A stretch of 64,000 bases of DNA from Trichinella spiralis. Lineage: Eukaryota. Below the pieces are notes generated by a model. The model did no database searches, was not told where the DNA came from, and worked only from the letters and a program-made list of their open reading frames with translations. Of this stretch, positions 31,022 to 43,924 are shown piece after piece (the first letter of the stretch is position 1; each line of letters opens with the position of its first letter). The position numbers and the translations under genes are program-made. Where the stretch lies: contig NW_003526948.1 in assembly GCF_000181795.1 (NCBI RefSeq), forward strand, positions 1,005,444 through 1,069,443, written 5' to 3'.

Positions 31022-33927
31022 TCAAGTTTTGCTGTTTTCGCACATGATACTGTTATTATTGTTCTCCAAACAATGTTGTATGTAAGTTGATAATGCATGA
31101 GCATAGGGACATTTCCAGTCTCTCAAAAAAATTTCACGAATGCTATCGACGAAAGGTCGATTCAAACCATTTTGATGAGAAACTAGCGCTAATCCTGTAG
31201 TAGTTGTAAAGTAATCTCCAGACCAGTTTGACGTGCCTCAATTAAAAAACAGCTGTATTTATTATAATTTTCACATGTAAAAATAATTATCTTCATCGAC
31301 AATAAATATTAATAATTATGATTTAGTTAATTTATTATGGAATACAGAAAACGGTGTAAATATTAACTGTCAGCATTTCATGAAATCTATGCAGTGTGTA
31401 TTACAACAATCATTACTAAGCATTATTGCAGGATTTACTGTTTTATGTTTTATTACTGAAACGTCAGTTTACTGTAGGCTATTCATGCATGTCATATAAT
31501 ATTTCAACCTTAATTTTTTTTCTGTAAATGTTTCTGTAAAATAGGCTTGACAAAGACTGAATAATAATTAACAAAAAACTGCACAGAATAACTAAACATA
31601 ACACAGTACTTTAATATAATTATTGGTAAAGAAAAATATATCAACATTTTTTTCAATAAAAATGGAAATCTGTTCTTTTAAAAAATATCTATTTTTAATT
31701 CGATGACTTGAAACTGAATGACTGATACTAAATAATTCCTAAACAGGTTTAAACTGTAATATGATTAGTTAATTACATTATTATTATTATTAAATATTAA
31801 TAATGAATTTTCAAATTTACCAATTATAACGGTGTTTTCAGTGACCATAAATTTGTTATGAGTTCGACGGTCTCTAGCAATCTGTCTTTGAAATGCCGTA
31901 ATCGCAGGAACATTAAATATTTTCTTAAATGACTTATTTTAATTAAATGGTTTCTCACAAAATCTTTACAGACTTACTATTTCTACGCTTCCTTTAGTTG
32001 AGCATCCATTAATTGCTTGAAGAGATTTGAGAAAAGCCAAATTTTCTTTAACAAAATGCAATGCCGCAACTAAGATTTTCAATTCTACACCACTTTCAAT
32101 GACTGCTTTTCTCAGTGCCGTATCAATTACTGGCCAGTAACTGAATTATTTTATTTATATAAATCATTTATTATAATTATTACAATATTACAGTTGTTTA
32201 CTTCAAATTAAAGTTTTAAACATACTTTCTGGGCTTTTTATACAGAACCATTGGTATAAAATCCATTACATGAATATAAATGAAACGCTTTGCCGAACTG
32301 ATAGCTGAAACAATGGCTTCCAAATCCCATGTACGACCAACAGTATTTAGTGAAGTAGGAGATGCCTGAAAATCCTAACAAATACTATTAAAACAAAGTG
32401 CATAATAATTATGAAACAAATCACCGCTATGTATACATCAGTATCGACTCCTTTGTATTGAATTGTTAATGGTGTTTTGTGATTGATATCTGTTTCGCTG
32501 ATCAGCATATCATCTTTTTTTGAAAAACACATACTTTTATTATTTAAACTCAGGTATGGCTGTGAAGCTAAATTCCAATACGAAGCAAAAATGTGCTTCA
32601 AATCTTTGGCAAGGCATGGACAATTTAAGACAAGTACTCCAAGTTCCATTTTCTGAATTTCATTCTATCAATATGCTTATTTATTTAAATAAAATTTAAA
32701 CCTGATTTAATGAACGCCAATCGAGATTTGCTGAACCCAAGTAAAAATGACGATCGTCAACAACAAAAAATTTAGAATGCATTGTTCCAGATCCGTAATA
32801 CTTCTTTAAATGTAAAGGCCGACGATGTAATGCACCTGCAAGATGTATGTATCTTTTAACTGAAATGCATTGTAGATGATTGATTCTGTTTAACGAAAAC
32901 CGCTATTTTTTCAACAACTTATTAATATAATATAATATAATATAATATAATATAATACAATATAATATTGTATTATTATTATAATTAAATAATTAATTAA
33001 TTATTTAAATGCATACTCACCTTTAGAAGCTAGACTTGAACCATCTGCATTATCGCCACGATCCTTAGGGGGATAATTTTCAACCATTCTCACACGGACA
33101 TGTCTTTTAGTTCCTGCTTTAAGTAACTGATCAAATATTTTCTCACCCTAAATACAAACTTTAAGTAACGTAATTGCATTTTATAATGTTTAATTTACCA
33201 TTTCCGTGCTAAGATCAGGCTTGTTTAAAATATGCTTGCCTCTAAGACTTGTCTTATAAGCAGCAATATTGATTTCATTTTCTGCCAAAGCAAGAAGCAT
33301 ATTCCATGCTGCAAATGTAGATTTTGGTAATATCGCTGAGTCAAATGTCAAGTTATCTGGAATGCTTTCAACAATTTCAATGCTATTAAAAGAAAAAAAA
33401 GATTATTAAGGTATAAAATATATGTAGTAAGAATCAGTAATAAAATGTGCATAAAAGTGAATTACTTATTTGCATGACTGAATTATCATACATGCTGTTA
33501 AGTGTTTTTTGTTTGAATGTAAACAATTCATTTTTGCTAGTTAGTATAATAATGCAAGCGTAATATATAACTTTTGTAACCGGTTAATAAGTAAAAAATA
33601 AAATTTATGAAGCATGACTTACCTACAGGTGATTTTGCACGCTTCTCTGTAGAGTTTTCTTGCACTTGTTTCGCTACTACGCAACGCATCAAGTGTTTCG
33701 TTTGATTTGCGTGATTTGTTTACAAAAAGAGATATATATACATTCCAACCTGGATCTGCAAAAAATACTGCTAGGCATAACGCCAGAGCAATTGTTGAAG
33801 CGCTACAAAAAGTTGAAGAAGAGGAAACGGAACTTTTCTTCTGAAAAATCCGTATTACTGGTAATGCTGGTATTCTACCAGCCCACGCTGATGAGGGAGG
33901 TAAGCGGCAGGTAGAATCAGTTTCCAT
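31022..33927 (-). CDS. PLD3: Phospholipase D3-like (PLD3/PLD4-type 5'-3' exonuclease), type II membrane protein
   Basis: N-terminal hydrophobic anchor, then IEIVESIP. First catalytic motif [24 protein letters not shown]. Second motif [23 protein letters not shown] (HxKxxxxE, typical of PLD3/4). C-terminal EIFLRDW. Confidence 0.93.
32925..32968. repeat. (ATATA/TATAA)n pentanucleotide microsatellite in a PLD3 intron
   Basis: Directly visible: atataatataatataatataatataatataatacaatataata. Confidence 0.85.
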
Positions 33928-36318
33928 GGGTCGTAAAGTATGCAGCTAAATCATGTCTTATCTCAGTTTCGTTGTAATGTAGTAAAAGGAATGGCCCAAA
34001 ATGAGTAATTTGCATAACGGACTATTGTTAATGGGACGGACAATTAAACATTTTCCTTCTACCATTTCAAAATTTAATTAGCACACATTAAACTATATTT
34101 TTCAATTAATATAACATATCCATTACATTACTATTCAACTATTATTTTTATAAGTTCAGCTATATGTAGCAGTGTTTTCTCTTTGACTTACCTATGTTGT
34201 ACATTTGTTGCTGCAGTGTTTAACTGACATTTTGATTGCCACTTACTTGAACAGAAACTGTAAACAACTTTTTCCATTATATTGCCTTCAGTTGAGGTTA
34301 TCATTAAATTAAAAAAATCTTTCATCTGTCTATTTATGCTGAAATGCTTGAAAAATATAGCAAACTATTTATAATGACAAGATACATTTCATTTGCCTAA
34401 TTTAGTATAAAAAATGCATCGCAATGTTTAATTTTAGTATTCATGTGTACATTTCAGCTCAACTTAGTTTATTTCAATAGTCATTTAGTTGTGTGAATCG
34501 ATTCTTTACTCTTAGCTGTATAAAAAGTTTTACTTATTCCTCCTGCATACGGTTTCTCATCTATGTAATTCACCGCTTTAATTCCTCTGGCAAAGTATAA
34601 TATCAATAACTGACCGTTTTGATAGTTTTATTTAAAGAGCTGAATACAGTTTTCACATACGCATCACAGTAAACTTCGTCTTCGTACGAATTTTCACAAT
34701 AAAAATATAATGTTTAAAACATTTTTTACGTTACGTAATTTTAACACAAACGTTTTCCTGTAAAATAATTAACAATATTCCGTTACGCTTTGTACATTCC
34801 TTTACCCTTTTCCTTTATATTTCACGCTTTGCCTGCTCAGGTGAATACATAAAAATAATGCATATATGAATTTGAAAAGGTATGTCTATGAAATATAAAA
34901 TACTTTTACGTGTTTCAATTCATTAAATCTTTAACTTCACATCTTAGTTCATAATAAGCAGATGCATTAGTAGTGACAGTATGATAAAGGGATATTCAAG
35001 TAAAACAGTACAATGTGTGGGTGTGTGATGCATTGCCCTTCATGTTTTGCATAAAAACGTCATTGTTGTTCTGAGTTTTAATAATTCGCAGCGCTGCAGA
35101 TGCAGTGCAGAGACAACTTAAAATGTAAAGCTTAAAAAAGAAACTGCTGATTAAAAGTGTTAAATTAAGTGTTCATCTTTAATAGTTAAATTTGTCAAGT
35201 GACTTTTAGGAGATGTGCTAATTGTACATTGCAAAGCACAACTGTTGAAAAGTTATACGCACAACTTTGCAGCGTATGCAGAGCTCTGTTAATAAATCAG
35301 TAAGCTTGGTTTTTTTCCGTTTAAGCAAATTTACCACATTTATGCTTTATTATGGCACCATTATTATATTTGAAAGAGACGCGCATTAGTATTTTTAATT
35401 GAATTTTGCACAGATTTTATGAAAATTAAGCATTGTTTCAAGGAAATTTTCAAATATTATTTGCTTTTTTTACTTTGCAGTTTTAGCAATATCTAATAAA
35501 TAAATAAATAATATCACCTACTGATTTAGATGAACATTTTTCTTCTGCTTTTGAATCCTTTTTCACTTCTTTAAAAATGGATGTTTTTGACATTCTGTTT
35601 CGACGAAAAGGTACAAAAAGCAAGCGCAGGAAAGAATTTTACTTCTAATTCATCATCTATATAACAGTTGCTTATCGTTGGTCAACATTTGTAATACTGA
35701 TGACAACAATTTACGACAATAATGCTAACTTAGAAGACCGATGCCGCTTCATTGACCAAAAGCTGTCAATTGCTGTTTACGCGGCATTTTTTCAAGCAGT
35801 GCATAATTTACTAACTGCTTCAAAAATGTCCTTCTAATAAAACCTGAACTGCATTATTTGTTATCTTTATTTTTCTCTTCTCACGTTATCCGTATAATTG
35901 ATTGAAACGACCGAACACATTTAAACAAACAACAACAATTCATTGTTCATTGCTTTTAAATCAAGTGTCACAACTTCGTATGTATTTAAGCTGAACAGCG
36001 TTGAATTGTGCTGAAGCAATGATAAATGAAAACAACAATTTAATGTTTATCACTTGTTGAAACTTTCAGTTATCATTACAACGTTGGTAGTTAATATCAT
36101 TTCATTTATTTTATTGCTCATTTTCGTTGCTTGTTTGCTTTCAGATTTTCAGAATTTCCCGGCCGGATACAATTAACATTGTGAAAATTTTATGAACAAT
36201 TTATTTATATATTACTGTAATGTAAAATTTGCATTGTTCAATACAACATATCTTGAGCATGGCTTCACATTGCCGCTGTACAATAACAATTTGAATAGAA
36301 TTGGAAAACTGAAAACGT

Positions 36319-38699
36319 TCAAGGAAAAACTTTTTTATAACGTATAAAAGTATGATCTTGCATTTTATGAGTGAGCGTTTCCATTTGCAATCTTTGCTCT
36401 AGAGTAGTTGGATCAATTAACGTGATTTCTCGAATCATCTGAAAGTAAACAAACATAGCATTGTTGTTTGTGGTAAAACAATTTTCAGCTGCAGTTTTGA
36501 GTGGCAATCTTTTTACATATACAATTTGTTCAAGTAAATCATCATTATTTATACGATGATTTCCTTTTAATTTTGTAATACATTAAAATGAACCACAAGC
36601 GACCAAAATGTTGTCTTCTTGCTAGTATGCGCCGCACAGCGACAGTGTAAACGTTTACTCGTGCACGAAAAGAAAAACACACAGTTCACAACTGCTGAAT
36701 ACAACTACTAACTAATTAACGGGCTACTGTCTGTTTATTGTGCAGATTAATGATATTCAAGATTCATTTCAGCTGTTGAAATAACATTAAATGTTCAAAA
36801 AAAATTAATGTCTAAAACTATTCCTTAATTACAAAATCACTATTTACACTGAATTTCAAAAAATAATAACAATGGAAACAAGCCACTTACATCTAAAACA
36901 GGCAAATCTCGACTCCAGCTAATTCTTCCAATGTCTACAAGCTTTAATACAATCTTGTTGCCAGAAACTTGTCCTTCTTCAACACTCGTAAAGCCTAAAC
37001 GTGAACATTTAGCGTAATTATCACAACAAAATTATAAATACATTCAATATAAAACCACTTTCACTGTTACTTTCTATTGATTAAATGTTGTGTTGTTTAA
37101 TTTTTGTATATTTCATTGAACTGAATTTTTAAACTGATATTCATTGCAAATAATATTTTAAAAAGGCAATTTGTAATAAATAAAAATAAATTTTTAAATT
37201 AAAAAGTTGTTCATTTAATAGCAGTTTAAACTTTCATGCATTCATGTTTAATGCTTCAAAATTCATTAATTGCAAACAGTTTTTCATGTTTTACAATTGA
37301 CAAATTAGTCAACAATATAAAATTAAAAAAATTTTTCAATATTACTGAAAAAACTTGCATATAGATATTAAATTTAATATATTTACCGTTGCTCATAACT
37401 GTCGTTAAGCCAATAGTGTTGGTGTGATTTTTCACAGTAAAAAATCCATATTCGCTATGAAGAGATTCCTTGTTGTTTATGCCCCATGCAAAGGCGCTAA
37501 AGTAATTCTTCAATCATATGAGTTTGAGATATTATAAACAAAAGGAACAAATTATATACATTTTTTTCATAATATTTGAACAATTTGTTATATCAGACGT
37601 TATAATATCAATTACATACGATAATGTTATATATGAGAAGATTAAAACCAAAATAGACTAAAATATATTAAAGTAGAACCTGTAGTTCATTGATGGCATT
37701 CCAAATAATGGAGTGTCGCTTAATTTAAAATCCAGTTGTTCACCATATGTAAAGTTCGGAATTGTAGGAAATCTAGCTTTTCCGCCAAATTCTGATCTCC
37801 AACGACCAAGTAAAAATGCAATAGGTTTCAAATCAAATGGTACATAGTGTTTATCATATTCTAAAACATTAAACAAATATTTTTCTTATTCTATGGTTCC
37901 ATGATCTTAAAAATTATAAATATGACTCCTAAAACAGTTTATAAAAGAGCATGTTTATTGTGTAGTGCGAAGTGCAAAGTTGAATAAAGTAAAATTTTCT
38001 TTTTTTATAAATACGCTGCTTACGTTTAGGAAGAGAGCCAAAACATTTTCGACATGAAAGTCTGCAGTTTTTCATCACCCACTCACTTGATTCACACTGC
38101 CCACCTGATGCCCAGTCAGGGCATTGTGAGCTATAGTCCGTACATGAAGCTAAAATATGAATTTTTAATTTTGCACATTTTACGCACACATTTTTATATA
38201 AATCGTATTATAAATAATATTCGTTTTTTTATTTTAATTCATTATCGTTATCTTATTTTAGTTGATAACAGTTTATTTATTTATTTATTTGCATTCAAAT
38301 GTATGCATCTTTGTATAACATTTTCTATTTGAAAAAATCCTCATACATTCAATATGCTGAATTATCAGAGTAAACATGAAGAGATATTTATACAAAAAAT
38401 AAATATTATACTGATTTAAAGTGCACTTCATATGTTCTGGGAAGTAAATGGAGAAGTATGCATGAATGTTTTACTTCGATTAATTAATTCTTCATCATTT
38501 ATAAACCTGGATACTGTATTATTATAAACAACCGTTGAAATATAGGATTTATTTAATAAAATGAAGTGATTTAGTTTGGGAAAAAATAATAAATTTTATA
38601 AGTAAACGATTTTTTTCAAATTCACTCACTTGTATCTCCACAAGAAGGATATAACAAATTCATGTATAAAAATATCAAGGCAAAGGGTAAAGAATGCAT
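36319..38699 (-). CDS. Secreted ShKT + nitrobindin (THAP4-like heme-binding beta-barrel, DUF1794) protein; C. elegans MAB-7-like architecture
   Basis: Six exons. Signal peptide MHSLPFALIFLYMNLLYPSCG. ShKT CTDYSSQCPDWASGGQCESSEWVMKNCRLSCRKC. Nitrobindin LKPIAFLLGRWRSEFGGKARFPTIPNFTYGEQLDF...LHSEYGFF...SNGFTSVEEG...MIREITLIDPTTLEQRLQMETLTHKMQDHTFIRYKKVFP. Confidence 0.88.
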
Positions 38700-41497
38700 A
38701 GTTGCAAAATTTTAAAAATATTACAGACAGTGTTAATTGAAGGGACTTAAAATAAATTAATGAAATCTATGTCGAGCAGTTTTAAACATTTATAGCATGT
38801 TCTGATGCCCTAATCTTGAAAACCAGCCGTTCCAATTTTATTCAAAATGGGTTGTTCCAAAAACGTGATTGCTCTGAACTCTCAGCATCTATGACGACTC
38901 TTACCCTAATAAACTCAGAGTTTTAGAAGAAAATGCCTATATTTGAAACCCCTGGTTTTCTAAATTAATGTAATGCATGCAAGTGAAAACAAAGCCCCAT
39001 TTTTGCTTTCATACAACACGCACTGCATTTTGGCGGATCGTTGTGAAAGGATGCTTTTTAATTTAAGAAATATATACATTTTGAGGTTTTACATAACATT
39101 AAAGATTTCATATTTTAAGGTAATTTTAGCAATGAAAAATAAAGTAAGCTCATTTTTGGATAAATTACCCGGATCCATTACAGTCTGTGGATTAATTTTG
39201 AACGATATTAGCTTAGAACAAGTCAATATGCATTCATAGTAACAGATAAAGTTTCCCAAGTGACAATATCAACTTATTTGTCGTCTGAAAACTGTTAATA
39301 TTAATTTATAAGTTTAAAATATATTGTAAGAAAAATATGCAAATGCATTTTTTATGCCAATAATTAGATATAGTCCATGCTGAAAATCACGTCATTTTGC
39401 AATGTTTATTGCATAACTAACATTGCAAACTGTTGAAAATAAGTTTAACTAAATTTTCATTATCATCTTTTAACAGTTTCACTGTACTGATGCATCGCAT
39501 ATGAATGTAATTCTGCTCTATTTTAAAACATTTTTCATTTTTAAAACTTATTTTTTGCAAATATATGTTTCCATAATAATAGTAATAATCATAATTGTAC
39601 AAAAAGCAGGTTTCTACTTTGAATGCAATTTGTGCATTTGTTGTTACAGCTTTTCAGCTACTGCGTTTGCCAAGTAAATGGAAATTCAAAATAAATAATA
39701 TAGTTCATGGTTAAATGGAGTATCTTTTTTGACACCGTTCGCTCTGTTTTGTTTTGTTTTGTTCACAAAAGAATGAAAAGAATTTCATACCTGAAAAATT
39801 TATGCGTACTGTGTGTGTTTATTTATGTATTTACATTAATATCGTCATCTATCTCAACAAAATTAAATATGAACAAAACTAATTTTCAAGGTAGCTTGTA
39901 TTTCATATAATTTATAACGAATTATGTACTTTAATTTTCAAAAATCTATAACTTTATGCAACAAATAGTTTATACTGCTATACTATGCCGTTGACGCATA
40001 ATTATACTTCAAATAAAAATTTCATTGCCTCACTAAAAGACGCACAACTTCGGTGTGGTATGAAATAAAACAGTAAGAAATTTTATCAGCAATACAATCA
40101 ACTTCACTTGTAAACTATCGATAATTTGTTGAAATACAAACTTTAATTTTTAAAATTCTTCTGATCATAATCATTCTAAAAATGAAACACAGACTAATTT
40201 TACAGTGTGAAAAAAATAAATGCTGGTCACAAGAACAAAACAGGTTATAATTTGTCATTAATCTTAAATAGTGTTCATCATTTTTAAACGTGCTTCAATC
40301 ACTGGAAAACACAAGTTCACTCATTCATATATTTGATAAAAATTTAAACCAGGCTACTACAAACACCATAAAATAAAAATCTGCACTGAATTTTATGTGC
40401 AAAAATTTATTTATTCTATTTTGCTGAATCAGAAATCCAGTACAACTAGTTCAGTTGTTTTTTCTTTATAAATGAAATGCAGGACAATTAACAAAAAGTG
40501 ACAAACTTAAACTCTATTTATAATATTAATGTTTTATTTTAAATCAATTTCTCTAAATTAAAATTTCCAATATACAATACATTAAACTGAAAAGATAAAA
40601 TTATACCAAAATTTATTTTATAAAAGCAAATGTTTAAATGAACGTTTGGGTCTATTACTGTAATTTTTGATTTCATTGTCTGATATCTTTCACAACCCAG
40701 CTTTTTTGGCAACTTATGGAAAATATTAATATCAATTTTATATTAATTTTAATAAATGGCATGCTTAAGTTAAAATAAAAATGCTTTTGTTAATCTAAAA
40801 TTTAACATTTATCGTTTATTTACCGTAAAATCAGACACATAATGATTTTAATGCTGTTTCGCCAAACAATTAATATTTATTATTTGTTAAACTTTGTTTT
40901 TAAATATTAACACTCCTCGCTTTGGTATATACAATCATTCAAAAAGATAATTATTAAATTCGTTAAAATATACACAGTTAATGCAAATAAATCAATACTT
41001 TTGTATTCAAATGTAATATACACCGAGTGGTTATGATTAAACAAATACGATACAACAATTAAGTACGTATTAAAACATGCTTGCATAAGTTTTGTTTCAT
41101 AATTGTATTTCTTACGCTGTCTATTTGTTGTTGATCACTATAGCGATGGCCCAATCGTGTAGCAACGTATGTACTTATTAAATTGGTTGATTTGTTGGCA
41201 CGCCGTAATAATTATCATTTCTTTTGCATTGTGAGTGTGACTGTTGCATACATTTTCTCAAATAAATGCTGTGGGATAAAAATCCTAAATTTGCACTCTG
41301 CAACAACGATAAGAGACCAGGTGGAGCATTTTTTTGTCTACAGTGTGTAAAGACAGCAGGCTCAATTTTGTAAAATTTTCATGCGTGAAGTGCTGTTTAT
41401 TCAAGTTTAATAACAATATTTAGTTTGTGTTAGTGTACAAATCTGGTTTTTCATGTGAATCAACCGTTAGTAAATTAAAACATCATGCAGAAGAAGA

Positions 41498-42103
41498 ATG
41501 AAGCTGATAAGTGTTGCACTTCTTTTCATTATCAATTATAATTGCATTTCAGGTATTTCTGTCAATTTAATTGTTTTTCAATCATCAACTGTTGATGTTT
41601 ATGCTTATGTAATGATTTTCACAAAGGGTGACAATTTTTATGTGATATGTTGTTTAATAATTTGATGTTAAAAATTGAAAACTTCTCAATACTGTTCAAT
41701 ATGAGGAATAAATTTTACATGGATTCATTTGTTGAAGTCATATCTCTTGTACAATAAAATTTCAAAATTATACATTACTGCTTTGAAGCTTATTTCGAAA
41801 TTTTTAGAACACACAAGTGATCATTTTTTATATCAAAACAAATTGACAAACATCAATGGGCAAAACGTTAGGGAGAGCAGTACATTGCAAATTGATGGTA
41901 AAAAAACGAAACGAAGATTATGCTTGTCAAGATTTAATCAAAATTTTGGTATGAATTTCTTTCGGAATGCTCTTGGTCTTGATTTGAACTTACGCGGAAA
42001 CACAATGGAAGGTCCATTTGCAATAAACGGAGGTCTTGGTATAATTCCAGCTAGGGGCTTCAGAGGCGGATTCACCGGTCCGTGGTTTCTTCAAAATTGC
42101 TGA
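41498..42103 (+). CDS. Orphan secreted pre-propeptide (116 aa): signal peptide, propiece, KTKRR site, 61-aa Gly-rich C-terminal peptide
   Basis: Exon 1 41498-41552 (MKLISVALLFIINYNCIS G|GTATTT) and exon 2 41808-42103 (TTTTTAG|AA CAC) are phase-compatible and open to TGA. Confidence 0.75.
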
Positions 42104-43684
42104 AACTGAACCTTTCATATATCATAAAATAAACTATTCACTGCAATTACTCCCTGTTTGATAAGTATAATATATGCAAATCGTTTAGATTTTAGAATTT
42201 TCATTTCAAAATGCATCCTAATAAGTGTTTGATTTAAGCAACATCAGTAATTTATTGACAAGTTGTTAAAATGGAAAGCAAAATACTCCTGTAATAAGTG
42301 TACACGAAATTAGGTGATATTAGACAGTTCCTTTTACCATCTATTGTTTTTAACTGATACTGCTATGAATTTACATATAAATTATTGAAATAGAGGATTA
42401 ATAATAATAATAATAATATATTTATAGTTAGAATCAATTTAAATCATCAATTATATAAATCCATTTTTATTACTAATATTTGTTTAATAAAAATATTCAC
42501 ACCTGCAGAAATTACATTTTAATTTTGATTTACATTAAAAACAAATTAAAATAAATTTAAACATAATTGCAGAATGAATTAGTGAAAGTCGAATACACGT
42601 AGTATACTGTAATTTGAGCAGCTAATAAATTATACTTGCTTTTGTATTTATAGTATATGTTTTTATAAACGTAAGCCATGCAATTAGCGAATAGGTTTGC
42701 ATTAAAAATTTTGTAATTTAGTGTTATATGAATAGCAGTTTTAATGACTGGTTTTTGAAAGTGCTGATAACACATTCTTTTATCGCCTTACCTGTTTCAA
42801 TGAAAACTAGTAAGTTTGCACATTTTATTAATTTATCTTCAGTTATAGGTCAAAAATTTCATATGCCCATTCATATGCGCTATATACTCACCTCTTTTTC
42901 TATTCTACAACAACAAGACTTTAACAGCCATATCTACAGATTGAGACAAGTAAATGAAACATGAATTTCATAAAATAAATTTAAATTCTAAAACATTATC
43001 ACCACCACATTTATGACGTAATAATACTTTTTATTTGTAATGTTAAGCAATATCATAAGTATTTTCTAAAACGTTTATTCTCAAAAATACGTTTTAAGGA
43101 CAATTACTTAAATATATTAAACGTAAGTGCTCATTTTATATGAGAAGTTTTGCTTGTTTTGCATTCCATTTTTATTCAGCAAAAAATTGATAAAACTATA
43201 TTTCATTTTCAAAATGAACTGTTCTCAAGTATAATAAACTTCACAGCAAAATATTGAATAACATTAATAAACTTTTCTTATACATTTTTATAAAAGCTGT
43301 AATTTAAACAGTTAAATTGTTAAATCATCTGAGTTGCAACGTAAATTGGTCTAGTGATAAGTAAAAGTGATATTATACTTTTGCAAGAGAATAATAATGA
43401 AATCTTGAAATATTACTTATATATTAATATTAATATTAATATTAATATTAATAATCGTTCTGACTGATGTAGTTCTTCATTTAAAACATAAAATTAAGCG
43501 AAGTAAAAAGTACTCGTCAATTTCACAAAAATTAGGCATATTCCCTCGGAAAGAAAGTTCACTGTCTACAGAAATCCAAATACATGTGTACGTACGTATT
43601 TATTTAAAAAGATGCATAATTTGTGAATGAAAACACATAAAAATATTATACTTAACTGTTAAGTGAGGAGGTTTGTTTGATATT

Positions 43685-43924
43685 TTACACACGTCTAATA
43701 CGCTCTTCTTCGTGGATGTCGCATTCGCATGGTTTACAGAAGCAGTAATTTGCTGTATTGACGCAAAATTCAGACCAGCCAAAACAACAACTACAAGAAT
43801 CTTCTGGAATACAATGAAAACAGTAACGTCGAATTAACACCGGCATTACAGCTATGATTGCAATGAGCACGGCGCAGACAACTAATGGCAAAATGATCCA
43901 AAGTTCTGATGCGTCGTTTGCCAT
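43685..43924 (-). CDS. Small single-pass membrane protein with a Cys-rich tail (79 aa)
   Basis: Single-exon ATG ORF with a ~23-residue hydrophobic stretch (LWIILPLVVCAVLIAIIAVMPVLI) followed by RR and 10 further Cys. It is GC-richer than its flanks. Confidence 0.65.
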   Translation of the reverse strand: MANDASELWIILPLVVCAVLIAIIAVMPVLIRRYCFHCIPEDSCSCCFGWSEFCVNTANYCFCKPCECDIHEEERIRRV

